The position numbers and the translations under genes were made by a program. A stretch of DNA of 62,508 nucleotides, filler included, from Stramenopiles sp. TOSAG23-3 (Eukaryota), in the NCBI GenBank assembly GCA_900128585.1. It is 6 parts of 6 records of this genome, joined end to end, with 100 filler letters (N's around TTAATTAATTAA, not from the genome) between each part and the next. Parts side by side here need not be neighbours in the genome. Positions count along the whole stretch, not along the records: positions 1 to 26,861 come from LT642266.1; 5 more parts are not named here. One strand, given 5' to 3'. How positions within the stretch are numbered: position 1 is the stretch's first letter; every line of letters starts with the position of its first letter. Shown one piece after another: positions 1 to 10,598 of the stretch. The notes beneath the pieces were generated by a model, which made no database searches, was not told the origin of the DNA, and saw only the letters and a program-made list of their open reading frames with translations.

Positions 1-661
1 GTACCACTTCATCGGCGGAGCACACTTGGCAAAATTTCGTCAAGTTGGCTTCGATTTGGTTAATGTTCGGGATAAGGGAGTGGACGATCGACGACCATGC
101 CTGGTAAAGCGTTTCGTCCCAGATGGAGGTCTTGAAGCACGACACGCTGAGCCCCTTCGAGTGCGCCTTTATCAAATTGCTTCGCTCTTCGAACACTTTG
201 TCTCTTTGCTCGAGGGGGATCAGGTCCATTTTATGGATCAGGACAAAGACGCGGGCGTCGTCGGAATTTTCCACTAAGGCGTCAATGCACCCTTTATAAT
301 AATCAAAATCGCTTTCCATGTTCCTAGACTCAATATCAAACACATATATGAGCAACTCTACGTTCCGAAAGATATGCTCTCGTTGGGACTTGAAGTAGTT
401 TGTATAGAACGCGTCCTGGCCTCCACAGTCCCAGAGGTTCAGGACTAAGTTTCCAAGGAAGCGAACGTTCGAGTGTTCCACGTCCAACGTCGGCCCCAAG
501 CGCATCGTGTCCCTGGCAAGGTAGTTGGCGAAAATGATGGATCTCATGGAAGTTTTCCCAGAGCCAGATTTCCCCATCAACAGCAGTTTCGCAGGGACAG
601 CCTTCTGCGCTTTGGCCGGGGGCTTGCCCCCAGCGCCCTGTGCAGCGACGACGGAAGCCAT
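1..661 (-). CDS. RRAGA: Rag GTPase A/B (Gtr1 family), 3' end runs off the window
   Basis: Absent from the ORF track because there is no stop inside the window. Manual translation from ATG at 661: [85 protein letters not shown]...IHKMDL...[16 protein letters not shown]. These are the diagnostic RagA/Gtr1 G1, G3, G4 and G5 motifs. Confidence 0.96.
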   Translation of the reverse strand, partial: MASVVAAQGAGGKPPAKAQKAVPAKLLLMGKSGSGKTSMRSIIFANYLARDTMRLGPTLDVEHSNVRFLGNLVLNLWDCGGQDAFYTNYFKSQREHIFRNVELLIYVFDIESRNMESDFDYYKGCIDALVENSDDARVFVLIHKMDLIPLEQRDKVFEERSNLIKAHSKGLSVSCFKTSIWDETLYQAWSSIVHSLIPNINQIEANLTKFCQVCSADEVV

Positions 662-862
662 TTGTTGCAACAAGAAGAAAGTTATTCAAAACGGAAAAGA
701 ACCAGTTTGTAACTAACTGCTTGGTCGTGTCCTTTGAACTAAAGAGTGCGCAAACGCAAGTCATTGAAACAAAGAACTAATAAGAGTGAACTGATTTTGT
801 TCATAATCGTTCGTATTCGTGAATCAGACGTACCTATTTGCTCATCTCTTGGTGTGATGGAA

Positions 863-893
<31 letters not shown>

Positions 894-1084
894 TTTTATT
901 ATTTTTTATTTTTTAATTAATATTTTATTATTACTATTTTTACAACAGAGTACCAGTAGTATAACAACGACGCACGGTAGTACCCAGGTATTTTAATACC
1001 AGGTATTATACCATGTCATCCAGTACCTGGTGGTAGAACAGTAAAAAAAAATATTATTTTTTTATATTTTATAAAAAAAAATAA

Positions 1085-1456
1085 TGAAGAAGAAGAAGAA
1101 GAAGAGAAGAAGAAGAGAAGAAGAAAAAAAGACATCATTGACGACGATGAACGATGTGAGATGGAACGAAAAGAAAGAAGAAATCTTGCTGCGCGATCTG
1201 ATCTGTGTGCTGTGCTATATATACGAGCACGTAGGCTGTGGAGGGTGGAGGGCTGCTAGCTGCTGGAGGAGATGACGATCGATGTATGTCCAGATTTATT
1301 ATTTAATTTTTATTGACTCCTCGTTAGATGCCTGTTACAGTACTAATTAGTATAGGAATACAAAAGGAAAAGAGTATTGGTGGTGGAGAAGATGTTAAAA
1401 TTTGACGTCGTTGATTTTTGTATTATTTCTTTGTTTCTTCTTTCTTTTCTTTCTTT

Positions 1457-1524
<68 letters not shown>

Positions 1525-1525
1525 T
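1085..1525. repeat. (GAA)n tract (~1085-1130) and (TTTC)n tract (~1435-1525) in the divergent RagA/NDUFS6 intergenic region
   Basis: Directly visible simple repeats. Confidence 0.9.
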
Positions 1526-2188
1526 TAATCCTTGGTGTATAATAATAATAATTATTCGGCCATCATTGTTGTTGTTTTATAGGTTCTTTTAAATGTTGTG
1601 TTTTGTTTTGTATTTGTTGTAATTTAAAATACAACAAGCGAAAATAATAATAAAATAATTTTTCTTTCCTATAAATAAAGGTACACTAATAATAATTTAA
1701 CAATGAAAGAACTACGAGGACACAGTAAGTAGAACTCAATCACAATATAAAAATATATCTCCTTCTTCTTTTCCTTCATTATATTTACGAGGAGTCTAGT
1801 CTCCCCGATCCACTACATTACCTCGTATGATAGTCTAATAAGTACGCGTATACGATTTCCTCCTGCCTCGTAATCTAAAAAAACTACAAAATAAAATACA
1901 GTAATAATAAAATAAAAATAAATAATTATTAAATTTAAATAATAAACATAATTACAGTACGAGGAGAGGGAGGAGTGAGTGAGTGTGAAGAGATGATTGA
2001 TTGATTGGATTGATTTATAGTTATATATAGAGACTAAATTAAAATTAAAATTCAACGTTGTAGAGGAAGGAGAAAGAATCGAAAGGCCGGTTTTAAACGT
2101 TTCAAGCGCAAAAACGAATGGAAGATACCAGAAGACAAACTTAAACCAAGAAGAAGGAAGTGTAAAGTTTTTTTTATAAATATATAGG

Positions 2189-2618
2189 ATGTTTTTAAGG
2201 AAGATTCTTGTGTCTCCTGCAGTCCGGTCGGCAGCAACCCGTTCCTTTGGAACTCAACGTCTATCTGCCGCACAGGTCAAGACTCAGTTGCAAGCTGTTA
2301 AGGAAAAAATGAACGTAAGTACAAATCCTCTGACCCTTTGTCACTCTTCCCTCCCAATTTCCATAATCTAACGTGGCTCAATTTTCTTCTCATTACCAGC
2401 GCGCAAGTTTGGCACACGGCAGTAACGCAGAGGCAATGATCAAGTCCTTCACGGAAGAGCCGATTGTCGTCGACGCCCACGTTGCCGTATGCGACGGGGG
2501 CGGCGGGGCGCTAGGCCATCCACTCGAATTTATACAGTTGAACAGAGTTAACCCGAAGACCCCTGAAATCTGCCCCTACTGCGGACTGCAATTTGTCGAG
2601 GGGCACGCCCACCACTAA
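2189..2618 (+). CDS. NDUFS6: NADH:ubiquinone oxidoreductase 13 kDa-A subunit (zf-CHCC); two exons, 2189-2314 and 2400-2618
   Basis: Exon 1 encodes a mitochondrial-presequence-like peptide (MFLRKILVSPAVRSAATRSF...). The intron 2315-2399 has a GTAAGT donor, a CTAAC branch point at ~2368, a pyrimidine tract and a CAG acceptor, and splices in phase 0. Exon 2 carries CDGGGGALGHP...CPYCG, the NDUFS6 zinc finger. Confidence 0.92.
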
Positions 2619-2888
2619 GTAGTCCAGGGGCCTGCTTGATTTTGTATTGTTATTTTCCTCCTTTATTCTGCAGCAGGCACTGATATTAACTTTGTATGTT
2701 GCAAGAAAACTATATACACAAACTGACGGGGAGAAAAACCACAGAAAGCGTATGATTTTTTTTCACAATAGCTCCAAAGGCACAGGGAGCAGATAAAGCG
2801 GCATTTAACAATATAAAAATATATTAAATTAAGTTTTTCTGGAAACTGGAAGCCGTTCGTTGCTCCGGAGCCCGTTGCGACAACCGCT

Positions 2889-4814
2889 TCACGGAGACGA
2901 GTTTGCTTTCGCATTCCCGCTGTTGTCCTCGCATTTCCTCAACCTCTCCCGATCCTCCTCGTACTGCTTCCTTTTAATCTCTACGCGCCACCAGTCCCCA
3001 TCATGGCACTTGCGAGCCTCCTTTCTTGCATTCGAACCCCCTGCACGAGCTCCAACACAGGAATCGTCCCACCGTTTTCTTGGAACGTAGACCTCGTCTG
3101 TAATCTCCGTCTCCACTCCGTGCGCAACCAAATCTTGTACTATTTTTTGTTCGTTCCCGTCCGAACATATCGCTGCTACGTGCGTTTTTCCGCATGCCAT
3201 GAACAGGACATCCTTCCCAAACAAACTAGAGCCTCCCCCCCACGTGCTTTCATCGGCGATGCCGACACGGTGGGGCTGCGTCAATATGCAGCTATCACGG
3301 TCGATCTGCACCCTCTTCCCTTCTCCGGCTTTCAGCAAGTATCGTTCGACCCCGCCTTGGCCATCTTTTCCTGCATTTCCCCACACGTAACAGTTTCCTT
3401 CCATGTTGGTCACCACGGTCATCGAGTTTGATGCCGTGGCATATGTGAAGGGACCTATTGTGTCATACGGGGGAGGCCAGACTGCCTTGTCAGACATTGG
3501 CGTGGTACGCATGGGACTGTTCGATTTTGCAGCGTCCTCTTTACCGCTGGCCGTTGTACTGTTCGAGCCAGAATTTGAACGCATTTTGTGCACCTTGCCC
3601 CCGAACTTGTAGGGGGACAGCTCATCCCACGACTTTCCAACCGCCCTGGTTTTGTCGCCTACGTTTCCAAGTACACCGCAGTAGCTGCTGCCCCAGGTGT
3701 ACAGGTCACCATATACCGTAATCGCCAAAGTGTGAAGCCCTTCCCTCCCTGATGCGTTTGACCTTTTGTGTCCCTCCGTGCACTCGGTAACTTGATTTCG
3801 AGAGCACGACAAATGGACGATGTGCTCAACGTCGACTGATCCCAAAACGCGTTTAGGCAAGCTGTACGACTTTCGGTTCCCGTGGCCCAGATTGCCGCTG
3901 CCCCCGTAACCCCACGTGTAACACTCGCCATAGACGGTGACAGCGCCAGCGTAACGGGAACCGATGCTGACTTGTTTTACTAGATCCAGGGAGTACACAA
4001 GCGTTGGCTCAGAGCGGCAGTTGTAATCTTTCACGCCAAGCTCTCCATTTTCATTCGACCCCCACATGCACAGCCTCCCGTCTTCCAGCACTGCTGCGGA
4101 CACGTGGTCGCAGGCGTCAATCATACTAACGTTTGTCAAGTACGCACCGTGGCGGGTTTTGCGCATGTACGGGTTGCTGTTCTTTCCGGAAACCGAAGAG
4201 CTCATTCCCGTGTGAATATCTGCTACTTGCATGGGAAGATGCGTTTTTATCCCACGCTTCGAACGCTTCTTCGACATCGGTCTCGCCTTGCCTTTGCCTC
4301 CTCCTCCACGGCTTTGGTCCGACGCAGCGTGCCCCAAGCAACCTTGGGCATCCCCCCCCCACGAAAACACGTCTCCCCCCTCAACAAGGCACAGCATGTG
4401 CCCACGACCGCATGCAATGCGTGTTGCACGAACGTGAGACAACGCTTTGACTCGACGAGGAGTATGTACCGTATCCCCGTGACCGTGACCTAGTCGACCA
4501 CAGTAGTTGTTACCAAAGGTGAACAATTCTCCAGACGACGTTACTGCAGCGGTACACCCGTGCACTCCTGCACCACAAGCCACGTGCACCACGTTGTTCA
4601 GACAAGTGATTGGTCGAGGCAACGCACAGCATCCTTTCGGAAACCGGTATTTGTTTTGACCTAGTTGACCGTCTTCTCCCTTTCCCCAAGTGTACAAAGT
4701 TCCTACGACATTGACCGCATTTTGTGTCCCTAGTTCACCGAGGCGATCCCCGACCATAATGTACTCGGGGCTTCCCTTCTTTGGTTTGGTGAGCGGAAGG
4801 AAGGGTGCTGACAT
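2889..4814 (-). CDS. RCC1/BLIP-II beta-propeller repeat protein
   Basis: Repeated RCC1 motifs: LYTWGKGEDGQLG, LFTFGNNYCGRLGHG, VFSWGGDAQGCLGH, LCMWGSNENGELG, CYTWGYGGSGNLGHG, LYTWGSSYCGVLG. First ATG (MSAPF) is at 4814. Confidence 0.9.
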   Translation of the reverse strand: MSAPFLPLTKPKKGSPEYIMVGDRLGELGTQNAVNVVGTLYTWGKGEDGQLGQNKYRFPKGCCALPRPITCLNNVVHVACGAGVHGCTAAVTSSGELFTFGNNYCGRLGHGHGDTVHTPRRVKALSHVRATRIACGRGHMLCLVEGGDVFSWGGDAQGCLGHAASDQSRGGGGKGKARPMSKKRSKRGIKTHLPMQVADIHTGMSSSVSGKNSNPYMRKTRHGAYLTNVSMIDACDHVSAAVLEDGRLCMWGSNENGELGVKDYNCRSEPTLVYSLDLVKQVSIGSRYAGAVTVYGECYTWGYGGSGNLGHGNRKSYSLPKRVLGSVDVEHIVHLSCSRNQVTECTEGHKRSNASGREGLHTLAITVYGDLYTWGSSYCGVLGNVGDKTRAVGKSWDELSPYKFGGKVHKMRSNSGSNSTTASGKEDAAKSNSPMRTTPMSDKAVWPPPYDTIGPFTYATASNSMTVVTNMEGNCYVWGNAGKDGQGGVERYLLKAGEGKRVQIDRDSCILTQPHRVGIADESTWGGGSSLFGKDVLFMACGKTHVAAICSDGNEQKIVQDLVAHGVETEITDEVYVPRKRWDDSCVGARAGGSNARKEARKCHDGDWWRVEIKRKQYEEDRERLRKCEDNSGNAKANSSP

Positions 4815-5747
4815 ATTTTCATGAATTTTAGAGAACAACAAGCCGCTCTCTCAGTATCCTTTGCACAAATTTCTACAATTTTCATTCTTCTTTTCAAGGA
4901 ACAAAAAGAATTGTTTCAAATTATTCACACACAGTTGCAAGTATTGTAGAATCCAATGACAAAATGGTTTGCTAAAAGTTATACTCAACTACTACACCTT
5001 GTTGTTGTGATTTGGGTCTATTAATAATTACTCTTCCAAGTAGACTTAATCCCACCCAATGGTGTGACTATGTACATTATGAACTGCGTTCTTTTCTGAT
5101 GCAGGCTGGTCCTTCTTCTTCTTCTTCTTGTTGTTGTTGTTGTTGTTGATGAAGAAAAGTCTGCTGTTGCTACTTGTACCTCGTATTATTTACACGACGT
5201 ACGTACCAAGTAGTTCTTCGTTTCTGCACGCAAGTTAGTTGTCCCAGCAGCTGCTGTGCTAGTATTATATTATACCTAATACGCGACGACAACAACACAG
5301 CAGGGAAAGAAAAAAAAAGAAGAAAAAAATGTCATCAAATAAACGGCGGAAGATATTATTTTTTATTATAAATAATATTACATAGATAACATAGACACAG
5401 CATTGGATATTTGATATTTGATTTTTGTTTTAAACTTGAAGTATCTATTTATACATGGTAGTAGTACGAGACTATCTTTTTCTTTTTTTTCTTTTTTTTC
5501 TTTTGTTTTTATATTAGCTGATTGTTGTTCGTTGGTGGTGGGAATATTATATATTTTAATAAAATTTATAATAATATCTTCTTAATTTTGTTTTTCTTTC
5601 TATCCATGTTTGTTGAATTGAACAAGTATTTATTTTGCCTTTTTCAAGAAATTGATGCGGTAATAAATGATCTGGATCCTCATTGTAAAACTATTCACTG
5701 TGCCAAATAAACGAAAAAGAATTTCGGAAAATAATCTAGGAGGGATT

Positions 5748-8700
5748 ATGAAACTGTACGGTGGTGTTGAAGGGGGCGCGTCGTCCACTATCGTGTCTGT
5801 TTTCAATGGGAAAGGCACGTGTTTGGTTCAAGTTTCTGCAAATGTTGGTAGTAACGTCGCTCTCATTGGACCTAAGAAAGTGTCTAAGATAATTTTTGAT
5901 CTCTTTGAAGCAGCAGAGAGAAAAAAACCTGCGTTGCGAGGGAAGCCCCTCGCTTGCATTGGCCTTGGTTTAGCAGGAGCCGACGATCAGCAGGTCGTTC
6001 GTTCTCTGAAGGCGGAGCTGCATAACGTTTTGAATGGACGATTTTTGTGTAATTCCCAAGTTGAGAACATTTCAGTGACCAACGATGCTGTCGGGTCTTT
6101 GCGCGCTATTACAGACGACGATGGCATTGTATTGATTGCTGGCACCGGAAGTAATTGCATATATGCCCCATCTACCTCTGAGGTTTTTTTTCGCTGCGGC
6201 GGCGGCGGACACTTAATTGGTGACGACGGCTCTTCCATTCAAATCGCCCTGAGCGCGTTGCGTCTATATTTTCAAATTTACGAAGGTGTCTATCATGAAA
6301 AATTTCCATCCGCTGATTCTATAAAAGTGTTGAGGACGATCATTCAGCAGCACTTTCAATTAGACGCCAATTTCAAGAAATCGGACCTTTACAGCACTTT
6401 GTATTCCCTGAATTCGGGAGAAATGAAAACAAAATCGGCTGGTCTGGCACACCGTGTTGCCCTTGGCGCTCAAGGGGAGCAGGGAGATCGTCTCTGCAAG
6501 CATTTGTTCAATGAAGCGGGACGGGGCCTTGGAAAAATGGTCTGTGCCGTTTTGCAATCGAAGCAAAATCAAAATCCAGCCATTGAGGCCACGACTATGC
6601 CAACCAGGGAGAAAGGCGTTACAATTTTGGCGGTTGGGTCGATGTTCAAGAGTTGGCCCCTACTGAGTGATGGGTTTTGGGAAGGGACGAACGCCTGTCC
6701 TCTTGCGAAAGGGGGGATTGATATGAAAAGCAAAATCAGTGCAATCTACTACATTAACGGGAGTTCTGCTTTGGGGCCAGCGCGGCTCGCAGCGTCACAG
6801 CTTGCAATGAACTCAGCGATGGTGTCGGACACTACCTTGGGCTCTCATGACGATTTGCGGGGGGCACACCCTCTTCCAGTCATGCCGATGACGCCAGACG
6901 CTGACTTCCAGAGCAGTGGGGAAGACCAAGGGACGTTGGAGCTTTTGTGGTCGGGCGAGCGGGCACGCAAAGCGCCATCGTCTTCAAGGTCGTTAAAACG
7001 AAGCCGCAGCACCCTGTTGGTGTTGGCTACCCTACACTTGATAGTCTCTACCGTCCTTGCGGCCGTTTCTGGCGAGGTAAACTTTAAGGTTGACATGTCT
7101 CTGTCTAATATTCTGATGGGAAGATCAACAGTACTGAATGTGACTGGCCCAGAGGGGACGTACTGGCCTTTTGTGAATGGATCTCAATGGGGCAGTTTTT
7201 GTACAATTGCCCCTGGGCTGAAGGACTGTCAAATTATTCTTCCGATTCCAAAGGCTGGTGAGGCTGTGGTTCAAGTCGCTCAATTGGATAGAATGTGGTG
7301 TCAAGTGAAGGGGGCATGTATGTTTCCGGTAGGGACGGCTCTGCCACACGGGGCACCAGTCTCGGGGGGAACAACTGTAAGTGTAACAAGCCGAAAAGTA
7401 AGCGTGGACTCAGCGAAGAATAGGTATGTATGCATGGATTGGGAGCCATGGTTTACAAAGTCAAACCTAGGCGGAGCGCCTTGGTTGGACCGCCCTGGCG
7501 CGGAAGGGGTCCCCTTGGTCGGTTTGTATAGTTCCTTTAACGCAGATGTAGTTAGGCAGCATGCTATCTGGTTTGCGGAAGCTGGGGTGAATTGTATAAT
7601 TGTGGACTGGTCGAATAATCTATGGAATAATATTTCGTGGGGAGAGCGGCACCCCGATATCCAAGAACTTATTAATGCCACTACGTTTGCTCTAGAGGAG
7701 TATTCATCAATTCGCTCGGAAGGGCTTGTGGCAGTTCCAAAGGTCGCCATAATGGTTGGGCTTGCCAATGGTTCACCAGCCAGCCCCTCTGCTCTCCAGG
7801 ACGAAGCTGCGTGGATACTCAGAAATTATATTGAAAAGTTTGGCGCACAAAATTTCGTTGGATTAGACGGAAAACCCGTGTTAATTGTTCTTGACACTCG
7901 CGACGCAGTGCCACCTAAATTAAGTTGGAACGTTTCCGAATCATTTAGCGTGCGCTGGATGGGTGCCCAGCTTCAGTCGCGCCCCTCTCTTGGCGAAAAA
8001 GAGGGGTTTTGGAGTTGGATGGACGGAAGCTACGACCCTGTTCCCGCGATTCGGGCTGGGCGAGTTGAAGCGTTGACCGTTACGCCAGGGTTTTTCAACA
8101 GTGGTGGATGGTTGAGCCCGACCGCAGCCTCCTACAACAAAGGGGCAACTTTTGTGAAGACAATGGAAACCGCAAGTCGTCTGCAGCCGACCGTTCTGTT
8201 GGTATGTCAGTGGAATGAGTTTGCTGGCCAACCTGGGGGTCCTCCCGGGCAGTACGTCGACTCGTATAATACATCGTTGACGAACGACATGGAACCAATT
8301 TCTCTCTCTGAATGCGCATATGTACGCCCCGGCGACAAAGGGCAAAAACCTGTCTGCAATACAGGTTGGGGTTTTTTCCCATTGAACTTACTTGCGGCCT
8401 CTCTTAAGGCGTACAGCGGCGCGGTGAATACTACTCTGATCCGGGTTATGTCCCCCATGGAAGGAACAACGTGGAGCAAGCCTGTATTGACCGTGGCTTG
8501 GGCAGCCATTGGTACTGGGTCAGGCGGTAGCTTTGAAGTGCTTATCGATGGCAAGGAAGTAGCATCGGTAAAAACCAATAAATCCGTGTCGTTAGACTTG
8601 AAAGCATTGGAAATTAAGCCTGGTGCGCATCGCATCACTGTCATTGCAAAAGACGGTTGGACTCGATATGAACTCTCAAACGCACACGTTGATGACATGC

Positions 8701-8759
8701 TAACCAAACCTATTCAGAATGCGAACGCTTCGGCATCTTTTTTGACCACAGATATGTAG
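5748..8759 (+). CDS. N-acetylglucosamine kinase (BadF/BcrAD ATPase fold) fused via a hydrophobic helix to a GH99/GH71-like glycoside hydrolase and an Ig-like domain
   Basis: NAGK motifs from ATG 5748: YGGVEGG, LGLAGAD, VTNDAVGSL, GIVLIAGTGSNC, CGGGGHLIGDDGS, VGSMFKSWPLL. Hydrophobic segment at 7011-7073. GH99-like motifs: WEPWF, PLVGLYSSFNADVVRQHAIWFAEAGVNCIIVDW, VTPGF, QWNEF. The C-terminus is a beta-sandwich (VMSPMEG...IDGKEV...PGAHRITVIAKD). No stop codon lies between the parts. Confidence 0.8.
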   Translation: MKLYGGVEGGASSTIVSVFNGKGTCLVQVSANVGSNVALIGPKKVSKIIFDLFEAAERKKPALRGKPLACIGLGLAGADDQQVVRSLKAELHNVLNGRFLCNSQVENISVTNDAVGSLRAITDDDGIVLIAGTGSNCIYAPSTSEVFFRCGGGGHLIGDDGSSIQIALSALRLYFQIYEGVYHEKFPSADSIKVLRTIIQQHFQLDANFKKSDLYSTLYSLNSGEMKTKSAGLAHRVALGAQGEQGDRLCKHLFNEAGRGLGKMVCAVLQSKQNQNPAIEATTMPTREKGVTILAVGSMFKSWPLLSDGFWEGTNACPLAKGGIDMKSKISAIYYINGSSALGPARLAASQLAMNSAMVSDTTLGSHDDLRGAHPLPVMPMTPDADFQSSGEDQGTLELLWSGERARKAPSSSRSLKRSRSTLLVLATLHLIVSTVLAAVSGEVNFKVDMSLSNILMGRSTVLNVTGPEGTYWPFVNGSQWGSFCTIAPGLKDCQIILPIPKAGEAVVQVAQLDRMWCQVKGACMFPVGTALPHGAPVSGGTTVSVTSRKVSVDSAKNRYVCMDWEPWFTKSNLGGAPWLDRPGAEGVPLVGLYSSFNADVVRQHAIWFAEAGVNCIIVDWSNNLWNNISWGERHPDIQELINATTFALEEYSSIRSEGLVAVPKVAIMVGLANGSPASPSALQDEAAWILRNYIEKFGAQNFVGLDGKPVLIVLDTRDAVPPKLSWNVSESFSVRWMGAQLQSRPSLGEKEGFWSWMDGSYDPVPAIRAGRVEALTVTPGFFNSGGWLSPTAASYNKGATFVKTMETASRLQPTVLLVCQWNEFAGQPGGPPGQYVDSYNTSLTNDMEPISLSECAYVRPGDKGQKPVCNTGWGFFPLNLLAASLKAYSGAVNTTLIRVMSPMEGTTWSKPVLTVAWAAIGTGSGGSFEVLIDGKEVASVKTNKSVSLDLKALEIKPGAHRITVIAKDGWTRYELSNAHVDDMLTKPIQNANASASFLTTDM

Positions 8760-9316
8760 ACAATAGTAGTAATAAACAAACGGAGAATGAAATTGTAAAA
8801 AAAATCATACTTGGTAGTAGTAACTTTCCAATTCGAAATAAAAAATATTCCTTTTTTTCCGTTCTACAGATTTGGTACGGCGGTACAGTTACTATCCAAA
8901 AAACGAAATTATATTCGCTGCTGTGTCGTTGTTGTTGGTTATTTTCCCCCTTTTTTTTCCGTGTGTCGCGTAATAATAATAAATAATCAATAATCTAATA
9001 ATTAATTGGATTAATCCAATTAATAGTCTAATAAAATAATAATACCGGTATTACTACGACCGGTACAGAAGCAAAAAAATATAATTTAATATAAAAGCAG
9101 CAAGAAGAAGAAGAAGAAGGGTCGTCGTCTTTTCTTCTGTGTAGTATTATTTAATAATTAATAATTAAAATCATTTTGTTTAGATCTACTAAACAAAATG
9201 ATTTTACAATGAATAAAGTCACATCGAACTGAATGTACACGCGTAGTAAGTAAGGCAATTACGAATTTCATTGGTCTCTTATCTATAAAAGGAACAAACT
9301 GCACACACAAATAATC

Positions 9317-9940
9317 ATGAGCAGTTGTTTAGACTCTTTGTCTACCCCACCCCCGGGCAGTTTAGTCTCACGTAATATGGAGGAACCATCTCACTCCAGC
9401 GATTCCCTAGAGAAAGCTGCGAGCAACAAACCTTCTTCTTCGGCAGCTGAAGCACCGCAAGGTTCCATGAAGGCTGAATCTTTTCCGTTAGAACGTTTAA
9501 ATTTTGAGGAAACACAAAATCTAGCAAACAGCATTATAGCAATTTTACAGATAAATGGGGCATTGAGCTTGGATAGCATCGCTGCGAAAGCTAGTGTGCA
9601 CAAGGTCCACGCGGCGCGCGTATTGGACATATTGACGACTACCCCAATTGTTTCTGTTGTTAGGGAAGAGGACAGCGAGAATGGGACGCGGCATCTTTAC
9701 CAGTATTGCCAGGGCAAAAAGCTCCCAATACCTGTGCCATTGAATTCTCTAAGAACTGAAATTAGCGAAGAAATGAAGGCTATTTCTGACACGTATGAGT
9801 CTGTTAGTCAGCTGCGTGACATATTGTCCCGGCCTTCAAAGGGTGTGAAAGACGACATGGCGCTGAAGTCATTTTTAGAGAAGATTTTAGACAAGGAGAA
9901 AATAAACAGCGCTGATGGTGTAAATAAAACGCAGACCTGA
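9317..9940 (+). CDS. Uncharacterised protein, possible winged-helix plus coiled coil
   Basis: 207-aa ORF with coding-like composition. IIAILQINGALSLDSIAAKASVHKVHAARVLDIL has an HTH-like pattern and is followed by an amphipathic helix. Confidence 0.6.
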   Translation: MSSCLDSLSTPPPGSLVSRNMEEPSHSSDSLEKAASNKPSSSAAEAPQGSMKAESFPLERLNFEETQNLANSIIAILQINGALSLDSIAAKASVHKVHAARVLDILTTTPIVSVVREEDSENGTRHLYQYCQGKKLPIPVPLNSLRTEISEEMKAISDTYESVSQLRDILSRPSKGVKDDMALKSFLEKILDKEKINSADGVNKTQT

Positions 9941-10163
9941 GCCTTGTACTGGGGGAAAAACGAGGCTTTGCTGAAGCGCGGTTCTGCAGCCGACTCTGTG
10001 GGACAAAAGGACGGCGCGTGTGAGCTTGCATATATGTATTTGTTCTAATTTATTGTAAAATTTTAACCCCGCCGTTTTTCTTTTGTTTTTGTGTCCTTGA
10101 AAATCTTATAAATTACTATGGCATATGTATATATTTTGAAGAGTTGCAGGAGGGCTCCAGCCT

Positions 10164-10598
10164 TTATTTCTTGTCTTCGGTGTGACTACTAGTAACAATT
10201 TTTTTCGGGTCGGGTTTCCCACCGCTGCACGTCGTGACTGGGTTTGGAATGCCATACTCTTCTTCATTATTCATTAGATGCACTTGATTTGGGTTTCCAT
10301 CTTTCGTAAAGCCCTCGACGTGCGAGTCCTCGAACGCGATCTGATAGTCGCCAGTTTCTGGTTTTAGCGTTGCTTGTACTACGTTCTGTTCTAAAAAATC
10401 AATCACCTCACTGATCCCTCTGATTTGTTCTGATATGTTCTCTGCGCTCGTTTCGCTCTTGTTCTGTTCAAAGTGACTACGAATTTCAACTCTAGCGGCG
10501 GCCAAAGCAGGTACATCTTGTGCGAAAGCATGAGAGGCCGTTCTCAACAGTGACTTGTAACCGTTCAGGACTACCAATCGCGTGGAAGAGGATGCCAT
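10164..10598 (-). CDS. LYRM7: LYR-motif mitochondrial protein, Mzm1/LYRM7-like complex III assembly factor
   Basis: From ATG 10598: VLNGYKSLLRTASHAFAQDVPALAAARVEIRSHFEQNK...EVIDFLEQNVVQA, matching the LYRM7/Mzm1 pattern. The longer ORF-track extension runs through AT-rich intergenic DNA. Confidence 0.8.
   Translation of the reverse strand: MASSSTRLVVLNGYKSLLRTASHAFAQDVPALAAARVEIRSHFEQNKSETSAENISEQIRGISEVIDFLEQNVVQATLKPETGDYQIAFEDSHVEGFTKDGNPNQVHLMNNEEEYGIPNPVTTCSGGKPDPKKIVTSSHTEDKK

Noticed and set aside
26-764. Short ORF-track calls at the window start
   Set aside because: Shadows or alternative frames of the minus-strand RagA gene.
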